From positions 1 through 64,000 of the forward strand of contig JAFATB010000012.1 in the NCBI GenBank assembly GCA_019244185.1: 64,000 nt of DNA, in the 5' to 3' direction. This stretch comes from Acidobacteriota bacterium (lineage in GTDB: Bacteria; Acidobacteriota; Thermoanaerobaculia; Gp7-AA8). The notes beneath the pieces were generated by a model that searched no databases, was not told where the DNA came from, and saw only the letters and a list, made by a program, of their open reading frames with translations. Of this stretch, positions 29,393 to 37,761 are shown piece after piece. Both the position numbers and the translations under genes were made by a program. The stretch's first letter is position 1; every line of letters begins with the position of its first letter.

Positions 29393-29835
29393 GGAAGGAG
29401 GCGTGACACGATCTCCTGGACCTTCTTGCCGTCGACGCGGCCTTTGTAGCGCGCGGTCGCTTCCTTCATCACCTTGCCCATGTCCTTCTTCGACTGCGCG
29501 CCGGTCGAAGCGACGATCTCGCGGATGCCGGCTTCGACTTCCTCGTCCGTCAGCTCGGGCGGGAGATACGACTTGAGCAGTTCCATCTCGCCGCGTTCTT
29601 TTTCGGCGAGCTCGGGGCGGTTGCCTTTGGTGTACTGCTCGATCGAATCCTGGCGCTGCTTGACCGCCTTGCGGATGATGGTCAGCGCTTCTTCGTCGGA
29701 GAGCTCGTGGCCGAGGTTGATCTGCTCGTTCTTGATCGACGATTGCAGCATGCGGATCGTCGAGAGGCGCTCCTTGTCCTGCGCCTTCATCGCTTCGGTG
29801 AGATCGGCGCGGATCTTCTCGCTCAGTGTGCCCAT
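29389..29835 (-). CDS. yqeY: GatB/YqeY-domain protein
   Basis: AMKAQDKERLSTIR, KQRQDSIEQY, YLP, KDMGKVM. Confidence 0.92.
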   Translation of the reverse strand: MGTLSEKIRADLTEAMKAQDKERLSTIRMLQSSIKNEQINLGHELSDEEALTIIRKAVKQRQDSIEQYTKGNRPELAEKERGEMELLKSYLPPELTDEEVEAGIREIVASTGAQSKKDMGKVMKEATARYKGRVDGKKVQEIVSRLLP

Positions 29836-29874
29836 GTTGCGTTCACCTCGGAGCGCATTCTATTCTCGCGCGCC

Positions 29875-30447
29875 ATGACCCTCGACCTGCGCGCGTTGCT
29901 CGAGGAAACCGGCGCGCTGCTCACCGGCCACTTCCGACTCTCGTCCGGGCTGCACAGCCCGAACTACGTGCAGTGCGCGAAGCTGCTCGAGCATCCGCGC
30001 AACGCGAACGCCATCGGCGCGGCGCTGGGCGAGCGCGTGCGGACGCTCGGCGCGCAGAAGATCGTCGCGCCGGCGCTGGGCGGCGTGATCATCGGATACA
30101 CGGTCGCGGCGGCGCTCGACCTCCCGTCGATCTTCACGGAGCGCAAAGACGGTGCGATGACGCTGCGGCGCGGATTTGCGATCGGCGACGGCGAGCGCGT
30201 CGTCATCGTCGAAGACGTCGTGACGACCGGCAAGTCGACGCGTGAGACCGCGGACGTCGTCGCGCAGCATGGCGGCGTCGTGGCGGGATTCGCATCGATC
30301 CTGAATCGCAGCGGCAGGCCGAACCCGTTTGACGCGCCGTATGAATCGCTGCTCGCGCTCTCGCTGGAGACGTACGAAGAAAGCGCGTGTCCGCTGTGCG
30401 CGCGCGGCGTGGCGCTCGACGCGCCGGGATCGAGATACTCGCGATGA
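29875..30447 (+). CDS. pyrE: Orotate phosphoribosyltransferase
   Basis: GHFRLSSGLHS, VEDVVTTGKS. Confidence 0.94.
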   Translation: MTLDLRALLEETGALLTGHFRLSSGLHSPNYVQCAKLLEHPRNANAIGAALGERVRTLGAQKIVAPALGGVIIGYTVAAALDLPSIFTERKDGAMTLRRGFAIGDGERVVIVEDVVTTGKSTRETADVVAQHGGVVAGFASILNRSGRPNPFDAPYESLLALSLETYEESACPLCARGVALDAPGSRYSR

Positions 30448-30905
30448 CAGTGAAGGTCGTCACCATCGGCGGCACGTCGTACGACGTCGATCCCGCGCAC
30501 GAGCCGCTCGAGATTGTGGCCGTCCGTCCGGAAGAGCTCGAAGTCCGCATCGACGGCCGGACGTACCTCGTGCCGTATGTCGTGCAGGGCTCGACGATTC
30601 ACTTCGCGTTCGAGGGCGAGAGCTACCTCGCGGACGTGGCGGACAAAGGCGCGCGGGCGAAGGGGCGGCATCGCGAGCAATCGACGAGCGCGCCGATGCC
30701 GGGCACGGTGTTGAAAATACTCGTGCGTCCCGGCGACGTTGTGGCGAAGGGAGCGCCGCTCGTCATCCTCGAGGCGATGAAGATGGAGCACCAGATCACC
30801 GCGCCGCGCGACGGCACCGTTGCCGCGATTCACTGCACGGAAGGGGAAATGGTGCAGCCGGGAGTCGAGCTGGTCGACGTCACCGAACATGAAAATCACG
30901 GTTGA
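30444..30905 (+). CDS. Biotin carboxyl carrier protein (stand-alone C-terminal part of an acyl-CoA carboxylase alpha chain)
   Basis: APMPGTV, LEAMKME biotinyl motif. Confidence 0.88.
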   Translation: MTVKVVTIGGTSYDVDPAHEPLEIVAVRPEELEVRIDGRTYLVPYVVQGSTIHFAFEGESYLADVADKGARAKGRHREQSTSAPMPGTVLKILVRPGDVVAKGAPLVILEAMKMEHQITAPRDGTVAAIHCTEGEMVQPGVELVDVTEHENHG

Positions 30906-31824
30906 TCACGTCAAGGTCGTCGAAGTCGGTCCGCGCGACGGACTGCAGAACGAGAAGGTCACGATCCCGACGGCGGCGAAAGTCGCCTACATCACCGCGC
31001 TCGGCGACGCCGGGCTGCGCGTCATCGAGGCGGGTGCGTTCGTCTCGCCGAAATGGGTGCCGCAGATGGCCGACAGCGCGGAGGTTTATCGCGAGATCCC
31101 GAAGGATCCCGGCGTCGAGTACCCGGTGCTCGTGCCGAATCTGAAAGGATTCGAACGCGCGATCGAAGCGGGCGTGCGCTCGATCGCGATCTTCACCGCC
31201 GCCTCCGACACCTTCAATAAGCGCAACATCAACATGTCCATTGATGATTCGTTCGCGAACTACGCGCCGGTCGTGGCGCGTGCGCGCGAGGAAGGAATGC
31301 GCGTGCGCGGGTACGTTTCCACCGCGTTCGGCTGTCCGTACGAGGGCGACGTGCCGCCTGAAAAAGTCCTCGAAGTCTCCGCCCGTCTCCTCGACCTCGG
31401 TTGCTACGAAGTCTCCGTCGGCGACACGATCGGCGTCGGCACGCCGATGCAGGTGCAGGGCGTCATCGGCGTGCTGCTGCAGGTGATCCCGGCGTCGAAA
31501 CTGGCGATGCACTTTCACGACACGCGCGGCACCGCGCTGGCGAACACGGTCGCGGCACTCGAGATGGGCATCGCCACGTTCGACGCATCGTCGGGAGGTC
31601 TCGGCGGTTGTCCTTACGCGCCCGGCGCGTCGGGCAATCTCGCGACGGAAGATCTCATCTACATGCTGGAGAAGATGAACGTCGATACGGGCGTCGATCT
31701 CAACCGGCTCGTGCAGGCGTCGGCGATCATCGCGCCGTACCTCGATCATCCGCTGCCGGGGCGTTACCTGCAGGCGTGCACGAAGGGAACGATGCCGTTC
31801 GCGACGAGCGCCGCCGTACAATGA
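30889..31824 (+). CDS. Hydroxymethylglutaryl-CoA lyase
   Basis: EVGPRDGLQNE, HFHDTRG, GLGGCPYAPGASGNLATED. Confidence 0.95.
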   Translation: MKITVDHVKVVEVGPRDGLQNEKVTIPTAAKVAYITALGDAGLRVIEAGAFVSPKWVPQMADSAEVYREIPKDPGVEYPVLVPNLKGFERAIEAGVRSIAIFTAASDTFNKRNINMSIDDSFANYAPVVARAREEGMRVRGYVSTAFGCPYEGDVPPEKVLEVSARLLDLGCYEVSVGDTIGVGTPMQVQGVIGVLLQVIPASKLAMHFHDTRGTALANTVAALEMGIATFDASSGGLGGCPYAPGASGNLATEDLIYMLEKMNVDTGVDLNRLVQASAIIAPYLDHPLPGRYLQACTKGTMPFATSAAVQ

Positions 31825-31828
31825 CTTC

Positions 31829-32263
31829 GTGAGCGGCGCAGTGAGCGGTACGTGGCGTGACGGGTGGTTCGTGGTGCCGCATCAGGTCGTGCTGAGCGAT
31901 CTCGACGCGTTCGGCCACGTCAACAACGCGGTCTTCTTCCGCTACCTCGAATGGGGCCGCACGCTGCTCTGGTTCGCCGCGACGGGCGCGCGCGAGCCGC
32001 GCGAGATCACCTTCATCGTCGCGCACGCGGACTGCGACTACCGCAGGCAGCTCGGCGTCGAACCGATCGAGATCGCCACGCGTATCGGCGAGATCCGCAA
32101 CAGCTCCTTCGAATTCCTCGCGGAGATCCGCAAGGAAGGCGGCGAGGTCGCGGCGACGAGCAAGGTCGTGGTCGTGCTGTTCGACTGGGCACGACAATCG
32201 AAGATGTCCATCGACGAGACGTTGCGGAGGAAACTGACCGAATGCAGCCGGGCCGCCTCCTGA
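31829..32263 (+). CDS. Hotdog acyl-CoA thioesterase (4HBT/FcbC-like)
   Basis: DLDAFGHVNNAVF..YLE.GR. Confidence 0.88.
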   Translation: MSGAVSGTWRDGWFVVPHQVVLSDLDAFGHVNNAVFFRYLEWGRTLLWFAATGAREPREITFIVAHADCDYRRQLGVEPIEIATRIGEIRNSSFEFLAEIRKEGGEVAATSKVVVVLFDWARQSKMSIDETLRRKLTECSRAAS

Positions 32264-33096
32264 CTCATCCTGCTCTCGCACGGCGGCGGTTCCTCGAGCT
32301 TGCCGCGCGGCCCGATGCGCTGCTCGATCTCGTCGAGGCCTCGCTCGTCATCGCGCTCGAAGAGAATCCCGCCGTCGACGTCGAACGCCACCTCGGTCAC
32401 GTGCAGCAGTGGAGCGATTGCGTGCGCGCGCGCCTGGAAGGCTCGCGCGACGTCGAGCGGATCGTCGAGACGATCAACCGCGTGCTCTTCGACGAGGAAG
32501 GTTTCCGCGGCGAGAACGACGACTACTACGATCCGCGCAGCGCGCTTTTGAGCGAAGCGCTCGAGCGTCACGCGGGACTGCCGATCACGCTGTCGGTGCT
32601 GTATCTCGAGCTCTCGCGCCGCGCGGGCATCGAGGCCGCGGGCGTGTCGCTGCCGGGACGCTTTCTCGTGAAATTCAGCGGCGCGTTCGGCGTGATCGTC
32701 GTCGATCCGTTCGACGGCGGGCGCGTGCTGACGACGGTCGAGCTGCAGAAGCTGCTCGACGCGATGTACGGCGGCGGCGTGAGGCTGCGCGAGCATCACC
32801 TGCGCTCCTTCGCGCCGAAAGAGATCCTCGCGCGCGAGCTCGCGCAGCTGAAGGCGGCGTATCTCGCGCAGCACGATCTCGCGCGCGCGGCGGCGTCGAT
32901 CGACCGGCTGCTCATTCTCGACGACCGCGACGCGTACGAGGTGCGCGACCGCGCCGCGCTGGCGATGCAGATGCACGCGTACCGTCAGGCCATCGAGCTT
33001 TTCGAGCGCTATCTGCTGCTCATGCCTTCCGCCGACGATCGCTTGCGCGTGCGCGACGAGATCGCGTATCTGCGCGCGTGGCTCGATCAGAACTGA
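32242..33096 (+). CDS. SirB1/transglutaminase-like + TPR protein
   Basis: GFRGENDDYYDPRS, GLPITLSVLY, LPGRFLV, VDPF; C-terminal TPR. Confidence 0.85.
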   Translation: MQPGRLLTHPALARRRFLELAARPDALLDLVEASLVIALEENPAVDVERHLGHVQQWSDCVRARLEGSRDVERIVETINRVLFDEEGFRGENDDYYDPRSALLSEALERHAGLPITLSVLYLELSRRAGIEAAGVSLPGRFLVKFSGAFGVIVVDPFDGGRVLTTVELQKLLDAMYGGGVRLREHHLRSFAPKEILARELAQLKAAYLAQHDLARAAASIDRLLILDDRDAYEVRDRAALAMQMHAYRQAIELFERYLLLMPSADDRLRVRDEIAYLRAWLDQN

Positions 33097-33130
33097 CGCC
33101 GCGAGGCGTCTGTTAACATTAGCCGCTCGC

Positions 33131-33859
33131 GTGATTACCGGCTTCAACACCGACATCAAACACAACGAAAAGGTCTACCACGTGCAGACCGAGGATAAAG
33201 GTGTCGGGAACCCCTACATCGAGTCGCTCGTGTATGTCGGCGGCGAGATTCTGGCGTCGAAAAAGACCTCGTACGCGGAGCAGCTGAAGAGCGGCGTCGA
33301 CGACAAATGGATCGGCGGGCTGATGGAACAGCAGCACCGCACGATGATCGCCGCGATCAAGCGCGGCCGCTTCGACGCGCCGGCGGACACGACCAAGGCC
33401 TCGCAGAAAGCGACGATGGACGGCAGCAGCGTCGTGCTCGAAACGCCCGCGGCGCCCGCGCCGGTTTCGGGATCCGCGCCGCTGTCGACGCTCGCCGAGG
33501 AGAAGACGCTCGATCAGGTGATCATCGATTACCTGGCGTCGGAGGCGGAGAGCGAACATCTCGAGCTCGCGCTACTCGACCAGCTCGACTTCTTCGCCGG
33601 CGCGTCGATCGAGATGCGCATCGCGGCGCGCAAGAGCCTCTCGCAGGCGCCGATTCCGGCCGCGGCCATCGAGGTGAAAGTGATCTCGACGGTCGAGCCG
33701 CCGCGCGTCATCTTCCGCGGCAAGACCGCCGCCGACGGCACGGCCACCGTCCGCTGCACGATCCCGCTCTTTCGCGAGGGAACCGCCGCGGTGATCATCT
33801 CGGCCCAAAGCCCCATCGGCAACGACGAAGTCAAACAACTGGTGAAACGCCGCAAGTAA
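33131..33859 (+). CDS. Conserved hypothetical protein
   Basis: Codon usage typical of neighbouring genes; GFNTDIKH..VYHVQTEDKG N-terminal domain and beta-rich C-terminal domain. Confidence 0.75.
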   Translation: MITGFNTDIKHNEKVYHVQTEDKGVGNPYIESLVYVGGEILASKKTSYAEQLKSGVDDKWIGGLMEQQHRTMIAAIKRGRFDAPADTTKASQKATMDGSSVVLETPAAPAPVSGSAPLSTLAEEKTLDQVIIDYLASEAESEHLELALLDQLDFFAGASIEMRIAARKSLSQAPIPAAAIEVKVISTVEPPRVIFRGKTAADGTATVRCTIPLFREGTAAVIISAQSPIGNDEVKQLVKRRK

Positions 33860-33876
33860 TCAGCCTCTTCAGGGCA

Positions 33877-33968
33877 ACCGCACGTGCGGATAGGCTAGGC
33901 CCTGAGCGCAGCCGGCCGGGCCGGCCGTGCGGATAGGCTGGGCCCTTAGCGCTGGTGGCCGCGCCACC
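33877..33968 (+). repeat. Two tandem copies of the 28.2-kb repeat arm
   Basis: GTGCGGATAGGCT(A/G)GGCCCT(G/T)AGCGC followed by a GC hairpin, at 33877-33926 and 33927-33968. Confidence 0.8.
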
Positions 33969-34000
33969 TGGCAACCTTCTTTCATTGGGCACGAATCCAG

Positions 34001-36418
34001 ATGTTCCGCTCCAGACTCTTCCGTGCACTGAGCCTCCTCGTCGGGATGGCCGCGGTGATCTACGTGATCATCAGCCTTTTCCTCCCCTCGTCGCGCCGCT
34101 TGATCTTCGGCGTCGACAAGCACAGCGGAAAAGTGCGGCTCGTCACGAACCACGTCACGTTCCTGCCGCCGCATCAGTTCTATCGACTGTCGTTCGACAA
34201 GCGCGACGGCGCGGCGCAGCGCGACGACCTCGTGCGCATCTACTCGAAAGAGCACGTCCCGGTGACGATCAGCTACCGGCTGCGCTTCAGCATTCCGGGC
34301 GAGAAGATCCCGGACGCGCGCACGCTCGTGCGCGACGGCTGGAGCGCGTGGATCCGCATGCGCGTCGGCGAGGCCGTGTCGGCGGTGACGCAGCAGGTGC
34401 CGATCGAAGAGCTCGTGTCGCCGACCTCGCAGTTCGCGACGCGACGCGACGTCCTGCGCCGCGTCGTCGCCGGACATCTCGCCCGCAGCGGACTGCAGGT
34501 GACCGCGTTCGAGATCGCGCGCATCGAGCCGGACCGGCGCGCGCTGCTCGACGCGAAGCGCGCGGAGCTGCGTCGCGGCGCGCGCGGCGTCGCGGGACGC
34601 GTGGCCGTTTTTGCCATCGACGGCGCGGACTGGGAGCTGTTGTCCGAGCTTTCCGATGACGGGCGCATCCCGAACATCCAGGCGCTCGCGCGCGGCGGCG
34701 TGACGGGAACCACGCAGACCATCCAGCCGACGGTGTCGCCGCTCGTCTGGACCACCGTCGCGACGGGACTCACGCCCGACCGCCACGGCGTCATCGATTT
34801 CATGGACGCCGCGCGCAAGCGGCCGGTCGATGCGACCACGCGCCGCGCGCCGGCGGTGTGGGACATCGTAGAAGCGTTCGGGCGCCGCGCGGAAGTGGTC
34901 AACTGGTGGACTGATTGGCCGCCGCTGCCCGACAGCGCGGTGACGTACGACGCGCCGGTCGAGCTGCTGCGGAGCGCCGTCTATCCGCGCGAGCTGTTGC
35001 CGCGCGTCGGCCAGCTCGACGTCACGCCCGATTCGATTCAGTACGCGCAGGTCGCGCGCTTCCTCAACATCACCGGCGCCGAGTACCAGCAGGCCGTCGC
35101 GAGCGGCAATCCGAACGATCCGATCAACGTCTTCCGCAACGTGCTCGCGAAAACGTGGACCGACCATCGCGTCGCGATCAACCTCTATCAGCAGCAGGAA
35201 CCGCTGCTGTTGATGATGTCGTACGAGGGCACCGACGTCGTCAACCACCTCTTCGCGCCGTACCACCCGCCGTACCGCGAGGACATCAACGAGACCAACT
35301 ACCGCCGCTACTGGCCGACGGTCGCGAATTACTACTCCGAAGTCGACCGGCTCATCGGCGAGTGGATGAAGGTCCTCAGCGACGACACGACGGTCATCAT
35401 CGTCTCCGCGCACGGCTTCCGCTGGGGCAAGAACCGTCCGCGCGTGCAGCCGATCGGCCGCAGCGCGCTGTCCGATCACCGCAATCCGGGGATCTTCATC
35501 GCGTACGGCAATCACGTCGCGCCGTCGCGCGGCTCGCATTCGCTCTCGATCTACGACGTCGTCCCGACGGTCCTCTCGATCCTCGGCTTGCCCAAGTCCG
35601 CCGAGATGCCGGGCAACGCCGTGACGTGGGCGTTCCGCGACATCACGCCGGTGACGAGCGTCGGCGTGGTCAGCTACAACGAGTTCTTCAACACGCGTCC
35701 CGTGGCCGGCTTGCCCATCAGCGATCCGAACGTCTACACGCACACGCTGCAGGCGGTGGGGCATCTCAGCGATGCGTCGCGGATGCAGCCGGTCTTCGAG
35801 GATCAAGACGAAACGCAGACCGCGGCGAACAAGCCCATTCCGCCGCAGCAGTGGGCCGCCTACGCGTACTACAACAACCTCGGCATCGAGCTGCGCAAGC
35901 AGGGCAAGTTCAAGGACGCGGTGGACGCGTTCCAGAAGGCGATCGATCTCAATCCGAGCCGTCCCGCGCCGTATCTCAACATGGCCATGACGCTCTTCGA
36001 CCGGCAGCAGTACACCGCCGCCGACGAGGTGTTCGTGCAGGCGGTCGCGCACGGATTGCCGAACGCCGACCGCTGGTTCGTCGACTTCGCGGCCCTGTAC
36101 CGCTCGCGCGACATGAACTCCCGCGCGATCGCGCTGCTCTACAAAGGCAAGCAGATCTTCCCGCAGTCGTACGACGTCGCGGCGAACCTCGGCTCCGCGC
36201 TGGCGCAGGCGAGCCGCTACACCGAAGGGCTGCCGGAGCTCGAGCGCGCGCTCGGCCTGCAGCCGTCGTCGACGCTGGTGCTGAACAACCTCGGCATCTT
36301 CTACGCGAAGAAAAAAGACTTCGCGCGCGCGCTCGACTTCTGGAACCGGTCGCTGACGATCGACCCGCGCCAGCCGAGCATCCGCTCCGCCGTGAGCGCG
36401 GCGCGCACGCAACTCTGA
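34001..36418 (+). CDS. Membrane-anchored SPFH-like + alkaline-phosphatase-superfamily + TPR protein
   Basis: N-terminal TM; band-7-like segment; AIDGADW, PTVSPLVWTTVATG..P.RHGV, IVSAHGF; C-terminal TPRs. Confidence 0.8.
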   Translation: MFRSRLFRALSLLVGMAAVIYVIISLFLPSSRRLIFGVDKHSGKVRLVTNHVTFLPPHQFYRLSFDKRDGAAQRDDLVRIYSKEHVPVTISYRLRFSIPGEKIPDARTLVRDGWSAWIRMRVGEAVSAVTQQVPIEELVSPTSQFATRRDVLRRVVAGHLARSGLQVTAFEIARIEPDRRALLDAKRAELRRGARGVAGRVAVFAIDGADWELLSELSDDGRIPNIQALARGGVTGTTQTIQPTVSPLVWTTVATGLTPDRHGVIDFMDAARKRPVDATTRRAPAVWDIVEAFGRRAEVVNWWTDWPPLPDSAVTYDAPVELLRSAVYPRELLPRVGQLDVTPDSIQYAQVARFLNITGAEYQQAVASGNPNDPINVFRNVLAKTWTDHRVAINLYQQQEPLLLMMSYEGTDVVNHLFAPYHPPYREDINETNYRRYWPTVANYYSEVDRLIGEWMKVLSDDTTVIIVSAHGFRWGKNRPRVQPIGRSALSDHRNPGIFIAYGNHVAPSRGSHSLSIYDVVPTVLSILGLPKSAEMPGNAVTWAFRDITPVTSVGVVSYNEFFNTRPVAGLPISDPNVYTHTLQAVGHLSDASRMQPVFEDQDETQTAANKPIPPQQWAAYAYYNNLGIELRKQGKFKDAVDAFQKAIDLNPSRPAPYLNMAMTLFDRQQYTAADEVFVQAVAHGLPNADRWFVDFAALYRSRDMNSRAIALLYKGKQIFPQSYDVAANLGSALAQASRYTEGLPELERALGLQPSSTLVLNNLGIFYAKKKDFARALDFWNRSLTIDPRQPSIRSAVSAARTQL

Positions 36419-36438
36419 GCCGGCCGGGCGTCCCGCGC

Positions 36439-36482
36439 TTGACGCCCGCCGCCGCTCTCCCCTAAACTGAGACTCAGTCTCA
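36439..36482 (+). promoter_or_regulatory. fur promoter with 7-1-7 Fur-box-like operator
   Basis: TTGACG-N18-TAAACT overlapped by the perfect palindrome TGAGACT-C-AGTCTCA (36468-36482). Confidence 0.72.
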
Positions 36483-36492
36483 ACTCGTCTCC

Positions 36493-36993
36493 ATGCCCGC
36501 CGTCGCCCGAGAAGTCGACCGATTCCAGCAGTTCCTGCAGCAGCAGGGGCTGAAGCTCACCTCCGAGCGCACGGCCCTCGTGCGCGAGATCTTCTCCACG
36601 CACTACCACTTCGAGGCCGACGAGCTGCTCTTCAAGATGAAAGAGAAGAGCGTCAAGATCTCGCGCGCGACGGTCTACCGCACGCTCGAGCTCCTCGTGA
36701 AGTCGGGCATGGTCCGCCGCGTTCACCTCGGCGAAGACCACTATCACTATGAACACGTCAGCGGAAACTCGCACCACGACCACCTCATCTGCACGACCTG
36801 CGGTGGCGTCATCGAGTTTCACGACGAGGAGATCGAGCGGCTCCAGCGCGCGATCTGCGAGAAGAAGAAGTTCACGCCCACCTTTCACAACCTTCAGATC
36901 CTCGGCGTCTGCGAGTCGTGCACGCGCCGCGGAGAGACTCCCGACGCGCCGGATCGCGTGAAGATGATCCAGGCGACGCGACTCAGGAAATAA
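36493..36993 (+). CDS. fur: Fur-family regulator
   Basis: SRATVYRTL, HHDHLICTTCG, GVCESC. Confidence 0.93.
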   Translation: MPAVAREVDRFQQFLQQQGLKLTSERTALVREIFSTHYHFEADELLFKMKEKSVKISRATVYRTLELLVKSGMVRRVHLGEDHYHYEHVSGNSHHDHLICTTCGGVIEFHDEEIERLQRAICEKKKFTPTFHNLQILGVCESCTRRGETPDAPDRVKMIQATRLRK

Positions 36994-36998
36994 CCGAC

Positions 36999-37760
36999 AT
37001 GCTCCAGGCGCTCATCATCGTCTTTCGCGAAGGCTTCGAGGCTTTTCTCAGCGTGGCCATCATCTTTGCGTATCTGAAGAAGACCGGCCGCGACTGGCTG
37101 CGTCCCGCCGTCTGGTGGGGCATCGCCTTCTCCGTCGTCGCCAGCTTCGGCCTCGGCTACCTGCTGCAGCGCGTGAATCAGCCGCTGTGGGAGGCGGTGC
37201 TCGGCTTCGTCGCCGCGATCCTCGTGGCGACCTTCGTCATTCACATGTGGCGCGTCGCGCCACGCATGAAGCGCGACATGGAACAGAAGCTCGAGCAGCA
37301 CGCGACGAGCGGCTCGCGCGCGCTCGCGCTTCTCGGCACGTTCGTCTTCACCGCGTTCATGATCACGCGCGAGGGCATGGAGACGGCGCTGATGCTCATC
37401 CAGGTGCGCGTCGGCCGGTTCTGGCTCGGCTGCGCGCTCGGTCTCGCCGCCGCGGCCGCGATGTCGTGGCTGTGGGCGCACTTCGGCCATCGCATCAACC
37501 TCAAGCGCTTCTTCCAGGTCACGGGCCTCTTCCTGCTGCTGTTCACCGCGCAGATCGTCTTCTATTCGATTCACGAGCTGGCGGAAGCGGAGGTGCTCCC
37601 CAACAGCGAAGCCATTCACGCCGCGACGGAGCCGTATTCGTCGGATGGCCGCTACAGCGTCTGGATCACGCTTGGGATGCTGACGGTGTGCGCGGGGTGG
37701 CTCGTCGGCAGCGCGGCCGTCGACAAGGCGCGCGCGCAGCGGGCGGTGGAAGCGGGCTGA
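36999..37760 (+). CDS. FTR1/EfeU-family iron permease
   Basis: Two RExxE motifs (REGFE, REGME); about 7 TM segments; follows fur. Confidence 0.9.
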   Translation: MLQALIIVFREGFEAFLSVAIIFAYLKKTGRDWLRPAVWWGIAFSVVASFGLGYLLQRVNQPLWEAVLGFVAAILVATFVIHMWRVAPRMKRDMEQKLEQHATSGSRALALLGTFVFTAFMITREGMETALMLIQVRVGRFWLGCALGLAAAAAMSWLWAHFGHRINLKRFFQVTGLFLLLFTAQIVFYSIHELAEAEVLPNSEAIHAATEPYSSDGRYSVWITLGMLTVCAGWLVGSAAVDKARAQRAVEAG

Positions 37761-37761
37761 G

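Noticed and set aside
28143-33968. Repeat copies as a CRISPR array
   Set aside because: No regular repeat-spacer periodicity and no cas genes; copies are inverted or directly tandem.
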